From Owenia fusiformis (lineage: Eukaryota), in contig CAIIXF020000001.1 of NCBI GenBank assembly GCA_903813345.2, positions 49,290,001 through 49,354,000 of the forward strand: a DNA stretch of 64,000 nucleotides, given 5' to 3'. The notes under the pieces were generated by a model. That model had not been told where the DNA came from and made no database searches. It was given only the letters and a program-made list of their open reading frames with translations. Shown here in pieces: positions 1 to 12,779 of the stretch. The position numbers and the translations under genes are program-made. Numbering within the stretch: position 1 is the stretch's first letter; every line of letters starts with the position of its first letter.

Positions 1-469
1 TAAACCGTTTCCATCAATCATTGAATACTGATTGTTTCAACTACTAAGATCAAAGGAAAAACCATTGTACAATGATAAGCAATCATTGTGCAACCATTGC
101 GTTCAACCAAGCAAAGTCAACTCTTTTTCAACGACTGCGCAACCGTTTCTTTACAATCATTGTAATCTGCAACCATTGCAAACTGCAACCATTTCACATT
201 GAAATGTAAATGGTTGCAATATGTTTTGTTCAATGATTGCATAGTTCAACCCCTGCAACCATCCTGAATTAGTATCGTTCCAAAAAATTATCATTTTACC
301 TGAATTAGAATTATCTTTAAGTATTGATTTGAATCTACCTCTATTCAACAACAGTATATCAAGATATTTTTTCTGCAAATATACTTGCATGTTTATTATA
401 GTAAATTAGTAAATTTAGTTTAGTTCTCTGTCATTTACATTATTTACACAATTAAAATTACCATATCTA

Positions 470-745
470 GTGTTCATCAAACTTCTATAAGTGTTCATAA
501 AAGTGACATTTCTGGCAATGTTCATTATTATACTATTGCCAGCATTCATTATAATATTGGCAGTATTCAATAAACTATTGCCAGTATTCATTACATTATT
601 GCCAGTATTCAATGAACTAATTGTTAGTATTCATAATAGTATTCAATAACTTTTTCCAGTATTCATTAAACTATTGACAGTATTCATTAAGCTTTTGGCA
701 GTATTCAGTTAACTATTGGCAAAATTCAACACAATATTGGCGTTC
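470..745. repeat. Degenerate ~21-bp minisatellite (CAGTATTCAATAAACTATTGC-like)
   Basis: Recurrent CAGTATTCA/AACTATTG units; source of the MNTGNNV-like pseudo-ORF 415-612. Confidence 0.65.
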
Positions 746-1402
746 ATCAGCCATTCTCCTAAGCAGGTATCCAGAATCCGTACCTCCTTCCCCCTGCTAT
801 AACCAATTTGGAAGCGCCTGATTAAACTGAATCAGGTGATCTTAGTGATTTCTGTCCCTAATCAATATATAATGGGGTATGTTTATAAAAAAATCTCATA
901 TTTCTATTAAAAAAATCTATTATAGAATAAAATGCCTTTCAAAAAATAATAGATTATCCATATTATTTTAACATACAGATTTAAAAACTTTGTATACAGA
1001 ATTAACATTTTTATAGTAATATGCTTTCTATATAGTAGCTATGAGACATAATGCCTAGTCTGTAAGACTGATAGGGTTTTTATTTCCCTTTATCTGATAT
1101 GGCTAAAATGATGTATCTTTAATGTTAATTATGAAAAGAATTGAGCAAATCTCCAAATATTTAGTGAGAATGTTTTTCAAATGTATCTATATTATGTGTT
1201 AACACCTCATATCAAGAGTATCAGACTCACTAAATTTAAAAAATACAAACAAGATAACTATTTTGATATTGACTGTATATTATGTGTGAAACACATTATT
1301 CACAACAGATTTAATTACCATGTTCTTTCTTGGTTAATATTTTTTATAATAATGCTCAACACAACAATACCTACTTCATATTGACATGGGTTTAGGCAAA
1401 TC

Positions 1403-1497
1403 AAAATGCTTGAACAGCCAATTAAAACGGTTGAACAGCTAATTAAAACGGTTGAACAGCTAATTAAAACGGTTGAACAGCTAATTAAAATGCTTGA
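1403..1497. repeat. 21-bp tandem repeat AATTAAAACGGTTGAACAGCT, ~4.5 copies
   Basis: Directly visible tandem units. Confidence 0.9.
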
Positions 1498-4412
1498 CCA
1501 GAAATAGGGTTCATAGTCCTAGTTTCTGTTATATTTATTTTCAGCTTGTGTTATACTATATATTTATTTATATTCTCTATTTTATGCAGAAGGGGGGGGG
1601 GGCTTAGAAATTTAAAAAGTGTTTTCAGATTTTTGAGGGTTTATTTCTTTATTCAATTGCTTCAATAAGTGCTAAGAAATCTCAAATAGCAAGTATATGA
1701 AACTGAAAATAATATTTTCAGAATTTTTGTACTTCATTTTTATTCATGGATTTATGGATTAAGTTATTGTTCTTTGGCAAATTATAATTTATCAAGTTCT
1801 GTGTAAGGAATAATTAAATTACATAAGATGCTTCCTTTATAGCAGACTAATCAAACTGAGAGTTTCTCTGTAATAAGGTTTGTTTTGCCTTGCCAAATTA
1901 TTTTTGTTTTGTTTATGGATTAATGGATTAATAAAGTTTCTTTAGACACATCCTTCAAAGCAGACTCTAATCAAACTAGAGAGACTGAGTCTTACTGTAA
2001 TCAGAGTTTTTAAAGTTATGCTTATCAACTTAATTATCTAAAACACATCCTGTAATGTCTGATTGCATTTTCAAATCAAAAATATCAAATCAATAATCCG
2101 ATTATTTTCTAATTGAAGGATTTCTTCCTTCTAGACACATTTTCCTTCCTTTAAAATTGTGATAGTTACAAGATGAAGTATAAGTGTTTGAATTTGTAAA
2201 ATTCAAGACTTGACCCAATCAAAATTATTTCAAATGTTTTTGCAATAACTTAAAAAGTAGTGAAGGGATTTTGTAAAAATGATAGTCATGGCAGCAAGGG
2301 AAGTTGCTATGCCTTAGCATTGCTGTTATCTAGATAATATACATGTGATTGAGACAATCACCATCCTTCAACGTTAGATAGAAATTGGTTCAATATATTT
2401 TCATTCATAAGACAAGTTTACTAAACTATTTCAATACTTTAAATATCTTTTTGATCAAACCATTTAAATTCTGACATGTATGCATGAAATACATACATTT
2501 AAAAATATATTTTAAGAAGCAACATAATTATTTTGTGTTGTATTGAGATAATATTGCCATAGTTTTAAAGGGTTGCATTTGATTGAAACGGTTGCAAGAA
2601 ATGCAATCAAAATTGTCAAGCGTTTACAATGGTTACATATGATTGAAATATTTTCAATGAGTTTACAACCAAAATTGTAATGGTTGCATTGTAACCGTTG
2701 GCATGGTTGTATAAATGATTGGATCAATGATTGTGCAATGATTGTCCGATGGTTTAAATTCGGACTTTCAAGGTTGAATTTTTTATAAGGGTAGGACGTA
2801 CAAAAGCTATTAATCACAATGTTAAAGGAATCAATAGCCGATATTATGTTGATACGGGTCACTTCACTGAATTTAGAGGCCATGCATGGAAGATGAACGG
2901 AGACGTTATTTCTGTCGTGCATTAAATTCTTCCTTTTTTGTGGGGATGTTAAAGAAGGGGGGGGGTGAAATTAAACGTATTCAAAAGGTGGACAAAAGTA
3001 TAATTGAGATGCGCTTGTAAGGTTGGAGATCCCACACAGGATTTTATTCATTAACATGTTTTTGTTATATATTCTGGCATAATTCCGTAATCAAACAATA
3101 TGATTACTTTTATAGAATTTATCCTTAACACGCTTAACAGAAAAAGGAAAGCATGACTTAAGAAGTGAAGTCAAACGAATGCAAAGGGTACATGACAGTC
3201 TATGAAGGCGATGAATAATCATGATAAGTCAAACAGGTGATTGTGCATGACTATATTTTGGGGTTGTGCCTGGGAATTTAACCCTCGATGTTACCCTTGC
3301 AAATTTGTTCCTACTTTTTCACTTCTTTTGAATAATTTGTTACATTTTTGCTGGGAAAATATTTTAAGAAAAGAACTCATCGTCGATGATTTATCGTTAT
3401 TAATTCTCATATGCTAGCCTTTTAATTCAGGCTGAAGTCCTATATGCAATATTAAATCATCACTTGAGCTACTCATTAAGTCCCTTGGTTAAAACATTTA
3501 ATACAATAAAATACTTATGGAACATTTACCTGATTAATTAGTTACCAATACACATATATGTCTTAACGACAAAACCGTTCACTGGTTGTACATATTTTTA
3601 ATAATTTATTGTTGTGATATTGTTGGTTATTTAATAGATCGTACAACTATGTCTAGTTGTCAGAGACATAAATAAGAAAAATGGCTTACCTCAATTTTGA
3701 AGTTGTATCATTAAATGATTGTTAAACGTTATGTGCACCCTTCAGTTATCACAAACACGGAGGCCTAACGATTTCTAGAATGTACTCCTATTCCATTTCA
3801 GTCTAAAATTACACTTTCTTCCTGATGATTTTTACTGTATCTTCTCACTATCTATATAAGCATCAAGTAACTGTCCTTATATCGGAGCATTTTCTTATGC
3901 CTGCATGGGGAAAATCAATGATTTAGAACCTTTTTTATTTGCTTCTGATTTATCCACATCTAGAAACTCTTTCAAAGAAAACTGCGATGTGATCCGATCT
4001 GCTTTATTTATTGGAATTGGCATTTCTCTCAGCATCCTATGCTTCTCTGGTTCGAATGCTTGTACTGACTTATTAATCAATAATTATTACACATCCTCAG
4101 CAATTTATATATTGTTCAATAAAAAGCATATGCTTTCACAGAGATGTACCTCAGCAGGTTAGCTGGCTGTATGATTAAGGTATAAAATATTGACTACATA
4201 TTTGAGAGAAAATTATTTCTGCAAAATTGCGGGGATAGTCATCACGTGACCTTTATTTTTGATGTCGCGCGTTCTCGATTAAATAAAAAACGCAACCGAA
4301 AACACCAAAATACCAAGCCAATTGTGTCATGTAGTGCTAGTTTAGAATTTTTGGGCTTATATGGCGGTTCTGAGCGATTCAAGGATCAACATATATGATC
4401 AATTACAATTAA

Positions 4413-5116
4413 CTCTTTTGCGCGGTATTTAATTATTTTTAAAAGCTACCGAGCGGTAATTAATTTACTAAAAATTAGGATTTTCATGCCTGCCAATTTG
4501 AAAGTGACATAAAACCTAAACCAACAGAGATAACACCACCAAATTTTTACTCATAATTGGAAACATATGTATAAATCATATGTTAACGTATGAACTCATC
4601 ACAAATAGAGGCACTGATGATAAAAAATCCTAAACATTATGTATTGTAAAAAAACATAAGACCCCTACTAAATATTACCTTGGTGTACCCCAGCAGCTTC
4701 CCTTGCCTGTCCCCCAGGCACAGAGTTGTCAGGCCCATCATCGTTCTGAGTTTCATTTTCTGAGGCTTCAAATATTAGGCTTCACTGCCAGAATAATTGA
4801 ATAAAGCAGCGATTTGATCATTATTACCCGTCTAAATCTAGCCCTTTTTAAATACCACAATGTCTGATCACTTCCAGATTCGTATTTGTTACAAAATAAA
4901 TCAATTAAGTGACCAAAATAATTTTTTTCAGAAACTTTGCTTCGCCAAATTAATTTTAAATCACTTCCTGTCAATGTGAGTACCAAATATTGGCACTGCA
5001 ATACAAGGGTGACATCTTTTGAAGTCTGCTAAAACTTTCCTATAGCATGTCGACTCCAGGTTGACATACGCCATAAAGCGTAGTGGCGACAAAACTCGCC
5101 TGACCGCGCAAAAGAG
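4413..5116. mobile_element. piggyBac-like MITE
   Basis: 14-bp perfect TIR CTCTTTTGCGCGGT/ACCGCGCAAAAGAG flanked by TTAA (4409-4412, 5117-5120); lies inside an older degenerate inverted repeat (~4250-4285 vs ~5255-5300). Confidence 0.75.
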
Positions 5117-8100
5117 TTAACGCTTTACATATGAGAAATTATCATATGTTTCCATTGTGAGATCCACAGCAAGTATTATCAGTTTGGAATAATAATATCT
5201 CACCAAAGCGCTAGATATTAAAGTGAGACTCTAATAGATTAGAATGATATGTTTCTGTCTTAATCGAGAACGAGTTCGTGAGACATCAATAACAAAGTTC
5301 ACATCACGCATCTGCTACCACACTCCCGTGAGAATCTAATTTCAACTATGAAATCGCATTCTTTAAGCGTAAAGGAAGCGTAATTATGACTTTTTGCATT
5401 ACTATGGCTTTTCCAGACCAGGGCACAATATCATTTGTTTCTTTAATATGAAACAAGCTAGCTCAAAGTATGTTTGCAATCAACTTAATATGCTAGCTAT
5501 ATCCACTGCCGGAATCACGAACTCGAAATGAAGACATTATATTTTCGTTTCAACATGGCCGGACTTCCAGAAGCAGACTTTGGGAAGATTTTTCATTTTC
5601 TCGATTTAATTGCTTTATCCTCCAGATCTCACTTCAGACTTTCTCGCTTAGGGAGCGATGACACCCTCCGCTTTGTAGCAATGAAAAGAAGACATATTTG
5701 ACTTGCAACGAAGACAATTATTTAGTTTTACTGTATACAGTATCAACGTAGTGATTGTTATACTGTCTTCGTTTCATTCTTCGAAAAGCTATGTACGCAT
5801 AGGGCAAAGATCCATTGCAAAATATTTTACACAGAACATCTTAAAAAGAATGACATTTTGCAAAGAAAGTTCTGCAAGTGTTAAACACTGTCAACACTGC
5901 CGCTTATCCAAAGGTCTGGAAACAAAACATAAGTGGAATAAATCATCCACAATGCATTGAGTCCTGGACTTAAATCCTTTAATAATGAAGCTATGAAATC
6001 CAGTTGGTGTATGTGGTATGCTCTTGTTATATATACAATCAATTCTACATTTTTATGGCAAAACTCACATTGTTAGAATTTGTTCAAAAATTATTGTGAA
6101 ACAAGACAATTGCCATAATCTACATCGTATTTATTATTTTGAGATAATGATAATATATTGGTGCAACTTCATATATGGAGCTCCCATGGTGTGTCTAAAC
6201 ATTTTCAAGGTGTAAATTTACATAGTGCTATGCATTTCTAAGATTTAAAGTAGATCCCTTGGGCAGATTTCTTTGATTGAAATTATATATCAAAATTAAA
6301 ATAGTAAATAGACCCTTGCTTACACCCTCAATAACTTCCATGTACTCAAATCAATTGACCTGATTACAGCCAAAATAAATCAATAAATGATCATATTATT
6401 TTCTAGTGGTAAAGTGTGAATTGATTATAAAGAGACTTATATCTCATGATCAGAGAAATTAGCAATTGGATTTTTGTTAAGAGTTGTTTAACTCAGCAAT
6501 AAGTTAAAAGTTGTGAAATCAAATCAAGGATTGTCTAAATATCATTGTTTCAACGAATTGAAAATAGTGATTCTGCAACAGTTGCTTTAAAGTAGCTAGT
6601 TACTACTAGCTTAAAGATGTAACGATCCCGGGGTAACGATCAGCTACGAGGATTATCAAATATCGTCTGAAGATATTCTTTAAATATCATATAAAGTAAA
6701 ACTACATATCTATAATTTTCATGAAGGTTTTTATCTCGTATAATGATTAAATATACCAAAATTGATATTTAATACGTTGAAAATACATCAGAGACTAAAA
6801 CACGAGAACGCCAGGAAATTACAATTTTGAGGAAATATTTACAGGTGAAGTCTCTCTGACTTTGAATCAAAGTCCCACATGGCTCTTCCCATTGATTTTC
6901 GAGTAATTACTGCTCAAATGCCCACAGAATAATCGGCTTATAATCGACCTTTAATTGATTAATATAATTTTGTATCCCATTTCATACTATGAATGATATG
7001 TCATATTATGGATACTTTCCACTTGAAAACAAACGTTGTCATATTCAATTAAGGCATTGCTTTATAGGGGGGGGGGGGGGGGGCTTTATATAATAGTCAG
7101 TCTAACATGTATTTCAGAGGTGCATCTAGTTACCAAAAGTGACTTGAATCTCCGCGCTTGAATCCCAAACTTCTAAAAAGTGTCCATAATACACAACAAT
7201 TAATGAATATATCCCCCACAATGACGGATTGACTCGTACAAAAAAATGTATTATGTATTATCTATGGTTGTACAAGTTTGGTTGGATTCGTTCAAATGTT
7301 ATGTAACTATATTTATCTGCTGATTGTACAATAGAAAAATGAGTTTTGGAAAAAAAAATTAGCGACCCAACGATCGAGAATTGACAAAAGGTTGTAGTGT
7401 AAAACAGGCGGGGGTATGGTAGGTTCATTGCCCATCGGCTCTCTTGAGACATTTTATCAATAACAGTATCATATTGGTTAGTGGCAGTTGCATGACTGTT
7501 GCGATAAATATTAAGACAATAGTACACAAATATGTTCCCCTGGCAAGTGCCTGTAGATGATTAAAAGCGAGGTCGGACCCAAGCTATGTTTTTTTGTACT
7601 TTACATATTCTTTATATCAGTTTTAGAGTATCCAATAAACATGCCAGTAACAACGTTGGTGATCAAGGCATAAAATTGAGAACGATTGGAAAAGAATGTA
7701 ATAAAACATCCTTCAAGATCGGTCCTTCACTGCTTTCATAGCAGATAATGTGATGCAATGAATTACTCTTGGGCTAAGGATGGTAAAAAGGGCGACCTAG
7801 TATCCTTATTTTATGAACACCCTGTAGATAACGTATCAATATTGAAATCAAAAGAAACACGAAACGCGGTTGAAAACGTTCATTCTGTTTACGATAGCAT
7901 CATATTCTTCTCCGCTTGCTTTCTTCGTGACAATCATTAGTCTGAAGAATAATGAGATTATGTTGTTCTTTTTAATAACACTAACACAGGATTGTTATCC
8001 CTGTCACCTTAGTTCAAGATAACAGTGAAATTGCGCTTCTATACGAGACAATAACATTGTTTATTGTGATTACAAACAAAAGGCATTTAGGATGTAACCG

Positions 8101-8390
8101 TTGTCAGGATTACTCCAACATCTTAGGGGAAAGCGTCATCAAATTTGCCTGTGTATTTACTTTAATTTGTTCTAAAAGTCTGAAAAATGCCCGTATTATA
8201 CATGAAGATTGATTCCAGTAATTATTGCTTATTACAGTGTGGTAACCGGTCCGATGATTACAGTGTCCGTACTATTCGTTATATTTTCCAAGATAGGTGA
8301 AAGCAGAGACATAAAACATTATAACGTTTTATATGTGAAAGTGAAAAGCTGCGTTTGTGGAACCTCAACTCACACCACATTCTCTTATAC

Positions 8391-8761
8391 CACTGGTGAT
8401 CCACTCGGTTACGCTGGTTACCGAAACGGTTCGTTTGGTAACAAAATGTCGGAAAATCGAAGGTACGGTTTTTCTTTTTTTGACACGTTGTAGGCATAAC
8501 TCCCACGACATTGCCGTTTATGTAACTTAAGTGAGGAATTAAATCGACATTTCTGTTGTCTTCTGAGCTATTTTTTCGCAAACATGTACATTTTCTAGAA
8601 CATATGATGCTGATACACGTTTGTGAGAAAAAATGTCTTTGGGATTCTGCCTACAACGCGTGAAATAAGGAAAAAAGAAAAATCGAACCTTCGACGTTCC
8701 GACATTTTGTTACCAAAACGAACCGTTTCGGTAACCAGCGTAATCGAGCGGATCACCAGTG
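8391..8761. mobile_element. MITE with ~120-bp TIRs, CACTGG...CCAGTG ends
   Basis: 8391-8505 is an imperfect reverse complement of 8640-8761; TTATAC on both flanks. Confidence 0.8.
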
Positions 8762-9783
8762 TTATACGTCGTAATACCGGAAGCTTACGACGTTATACAA
8801 GTATTTTCGGCGGGAGATTTGAAAGTACTCATTTATTTCGACGTTTTGGCAGAATATGTTCTTTCCCTTTCGTAGAAACATTGACCACACCATACATATA
8901 TACCTGTTGTATCACTGCGTCTCAGCATTTCGTCTGAACAAGGGCTAGAACTTCTCAAACCTTCTAGAAAGCACGACAAATTTTTGAAAGAAATTATCAT
9001 TTTTTCACAAAATGATCATAGTTTCTATAAACCTAACCCTATCATCTTGAAATATTGCAATTTTCATACATCATCCAGACACTTCAGTTTCCTAAACCAA
9101 TGAAAGAATTCCGACAAATTAATTTTTCTTTGAAGATATACGACGTTAAGGAGGTTTACGACGTCTACCATGACATTGTTTCTTTATATTGTCTTGATCT
9201 TACCTCACTAAGAACTAAGAACTAGTTTGGTGTGATAGGGGGGGGGGTAACAAAAGGTAGGTGACATTTGTTTGTGTAGAATCCAGTGTGCCTACAAAGG
9301 GATTAGCGATATTCTGAGTAAATCTTGCAACGCTCATAAAAAATGACTCACTCGAGCTACACATCTGAACTTTCTTGAGTTGCTTTTGTATTATGTCTAC
9401 TTTAAATGTGCCAAAGGAGAAGTGTTAATTGACAAACAAGGTATGCAACGTAAGGTGGGTGGCATTTTTGTGTCATTCTGTACTTCCCCTCTCATTGCAT
9501 GTAATGGCAAATTGGGTGTAACTTTAATTTTGTTCTTGGTGAACATTGTGAGTAGATTGAACGAGAGAATGTCAGAGAATGAAATACGATTTAAATACGG
9601 TTGCGACACGGGGACTTTTTGACGAGGACCTTTTTCACAACCAATCAAGCAACAGTTTTGGCAACTCAAACTGACAACGTATCTCTACGTAAACTTCACT
9701 TTTACTCTGAGTTAACTGATGCGAGATACTTAAATTCGTTGAATCCATCTGCTTTTTCCGAAAATGGAATGATGATTACCTTA

Positions 9784-10586
9784 CCCCCCTATCACACCAA
9801 ACTAGTTCTTACCCGTTCTTGCCAGTCCTACGAAAACGTAAAACGGTCTAACTCTGGCTGTGGTCGGGAAATATGTCTAAAATAATTAGCTACTTCGTTC
9901 ATAAACAGTCTTCAATACGTCCATCTCATTCGCTATTCGTTCAGGTCACACCACGTCGGTGTGCAACGTCGTATAACGCGTCCCTTAGGCTAGAAGATCA
10001 TCATGACCTGATTACAGAACGGTATGGTCGCCATCGAATTTTGAATCATTTCAGAATTCTAAAATCTCCTTCCCGTCTGAGAACGTTTATGAAGTTCGTA
10101 AATAGTCCTTAGAAAGTTGCAGCTACGTTCATTCCGTTCGCACAAAGTTAAAAACCAGTTTTCAAGAACGCAGTGGCAACTTGTTTGGTGTGATAGCTAT
10201 ATTTTTGCTCATTCGTTCATAAGCAGTCTTTAATACGTTCTTAATCAGTTTAAACCCGTTTGCAATTATTCTACCTCGTTCTCAATACGTCCTCAGAAAG
10301 TTCAACTCGTTGTAAAAACGTCCCTAGTAGGATTAAAGTACGACGGTTCCGTTCGAAGTACATCCAGCTCGTCGTTAGTACGTTTTCAGTCGTTCTAATT
10401 GTAGAACGTGACTACCACGAAAGCATTTTGAGCATGTTCTAAGTTCTAGAGAACCTACCCGTTCAAGTACGTTCGATGAAGTTTGTAAATAGACCCCAAA
10501 CGGTTCTAAGTACATCCAGTCCGTTCGTACACAGTTGAAGCCCGTTTTCGAGAACTTAACGAGAACTAGTTTGTGTGATAGTAGGG
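9784..10586. mobile_element. PIF/Harbinger-like MITE, copy 1
   Basis: TIR CCC(CC)TATCACACCAAACTAGTTCT / AGAACTAGTTTG(G)TGTGATAGTAGGG; TTA flanks. Confidence 0.7.
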
Positions 10587-10589
10587 TTA

Positions 10590-11386
10590 CCCCCTATCAC
10601 ACCAAACTAGTTCTTACCCGTTCTTGCCAGTCCTACGAAAACGTCGTAAAACGGGCTCAATCTGGCTGTGGTCGGGAAATATGTCTAAAATAATTAGCTA
10701 CTTCGTTCATAAACAGTCTTCAATACGTCGATCTCGTTCACAGTTCGTTCAGGTCGCACCACGTCGGTGTGCAACGTCGTATAACGCGTCCCTTAGTCTA
10801 GAAGGTCATCATGACCTGATTACAGAACGGTATGGTCGCCATCGAATTTTGAATCGATTCAAAATTCTAAGTCACATTCCCCGTCCGGGAAAGTCCACGA
10901 AGTTCGTAAACAGACCGTAGAACCTTGTAGCTACGTTCATTCCGTTCGCACACAGTTTAAAACCAGTTTTGAAGAACGCAGTGGCAACTTGCTTGGTGTG
11001 ATAGCTATATTTTTGCTAACTCGTTGATAAATACGTTCTTAATCAGTTTTAACCCGTTTGCAATTAGTTCTACCTCGTTCTCAATACGTCCTCAGACAGT
11101 TCAACTCGTTGTAAAAACGTCCCTAGTAGGATTGAAGTACGACGGTTCCGTTCGTAGTACGTCCAGCTCGTCGTTAGTAGGTTGTCACTCGTTCTAATTG
11201 TAGAACGTGACGACTAAGAGAACATTTTGAGCATGTTCTAAGTTCTAGATGACCTACCCGTTTGAGTACGTTCGATGAAGTTTGTTAATAGACCCCAAAC
11301 GGTTATAAGTGCGTCCAGTCCGTTCGTACACAGTTGAAGCCCGTTTTCGAGAACGTAGTAAGAACTAGTTTGGTGTGATAGTAGGG
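10590..11386. mobile_element. PIF/Harbinger-like MITE, copy 2 (head-to-tail with copy 1)
   Basis: Diverged direct repeat of copy 1; TTA at 10587-10589 and TAA at 11387-11389. Confidence 0.7.
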
Positions 11387-11863
11387 TAACTGTATCCGTG
11401 CGTTTTACCGTATAGTACATTCGGAGGTTATGTAGGTTTTACTATGAAATTCGCTGTAAAGTTCACTGCCTAGATTGTTGTTACAGACATTTACCTATAA
11501 AATATATCAATCTTACTGAAACGATGACTAAATCGGTTTGCTGAAATTTCATCAGCCTCGTGTTGTACGTGTACCTTACCCCGCGCATTCAATTGTGTCA
11601 CGCTCAATTTGGCACACACCCTGTGAAGATAGGGGATGTGATGTTTGTTGTAAATGATTGGGATTTCGGATTCTGACCGGTTGCAATTTTGTATTACTAC
11701 TACTAGTATGTAGAAAGTATAGACTATTTGTTATCAAAAGGCATCGTCCCTCATTCACATGTTCTTAAAGTCATGTAAAGTTATTTGCATTTTCGTCTCA
11801 AAGTATAGGATTAACAGCACCAAAACTCTGAAATAACACGAATAACATAATAAACTCACTTAC

Positions 11864-11990
11864 CAATTTTAGGGTTTATTCCTTTGAATTTTCAATCAGA
11901 TGCTCTTGTTTTCGAAGTGAAAAATGCGCGAATCCATCGTCGAGTAGAAAAATCCAACACATAACAACTATACAGACGCCATCTTTATAA
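11864..11990 (-). promoter_or_regulatory. Candidate non-coding first exon/TSS of a leftward gene
   Basis: Minus-strand YY1-like AAGATGGCG at ~11976-11984, local CpG enrichment and a consensus donor G|GTAAGT at 11864/11863. Confidence 0.35.
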
Positions 11991-12044
11991 TGAATAAATC
12001 GATATTACAACTACCTCATGCGCAAGTTACATAGTATGGACTGC

Positions 12045-12330
12045 ATGAGGAATATGATGAAGTATTTCATGTTTAATTTCATGTGCATGGTCTTGGCAAG
12101 ACTTTTAACTTTCTAATTACGTTAACATATTCTCAAGTAGAGCACGAGTTTTTTCTAGGTAAATAAATCCAAGTCCAAGTGAATATAATCAACATTTTTC
12201 CACCCGTCAATTTTGTGGATGGAATTATCTCGAAAAAATTCGTGAGAATCTATTATTAAAGTAAGTTAAAAGTCTTACCAAGAGCATGCACATGGAATCA
12301 AACATTGAATATTCTTGTCATATTCATCAG
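12045..12330. mobile_element. Old MITE-like inverted repeat
   Basis: 12045-12112 pairs imperfectly with 12262-12330 (CATGTGCATGGTCTTGGCAAGACTTTTAACTT vs AAGTTAAAAGTCTTACCAAGAGCATGCACATG). Confidence 0.55.
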
Positions 12331-12779
12331 ATAATTATGGGCTTTCATATTGAATGCTCATGTATAAATCTATATGAGCATGATATAGTTATCAAGATTA
12401 TGCTTCAAACAAATCAAACAGAAAAGCTTCACTGACTTCGTTTTGTACTAGGATTCTAGCTAGAAAATTGTTTGATAGGAGAGTAGGGGATTAAGAGCAT
12501 GTATGATCTCCAAAATTCAATGATATGATTTTTATTCAGTGGAAAGTTTAATATTTATAAGTTGATTTTAAGAAAATAAAAATCATAGGTTCTTATTATT
12601 GCTCATCAAAAAATACAATTTTCAATTTTATGATTGATTTGTCTAATATTTTGCTCATAATGTACCGAACCAAGTGCAACACAAATACCTTAAAAATGCC
12701 ATTACTGGGCATAATTCTTTAGTCCATCAACACTATGTATCTTTAAATAAAAAAACTAAGTGTCGTATCTCGAAAAAAA

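Larger units (their letters stand above)
1..2791. mobile_element. Right part of a probable non-autonomous CMC/EnSpm-like DNA element (left end outside window)
   Basis: Degenerate CAACCATT-type short repeats at 1-260 mirrored by AATGGTTG-type repeats at 2570-2780, ending in TTTTTTATAAGGG followed by TA; no ORF. Confidence 0.4.

Noticed and set aside
3690..5960. Possible decayed GCNT-like or other coding sequence on the minus strand
   Set aside because: Only faint fragments with many stops; not supportable by eye
9873..10920. Paired similar ORFs (MSKIISYFVHKQSS...)
   Set aside because: Chance frames inside the two MITE copies; no transposase motifs
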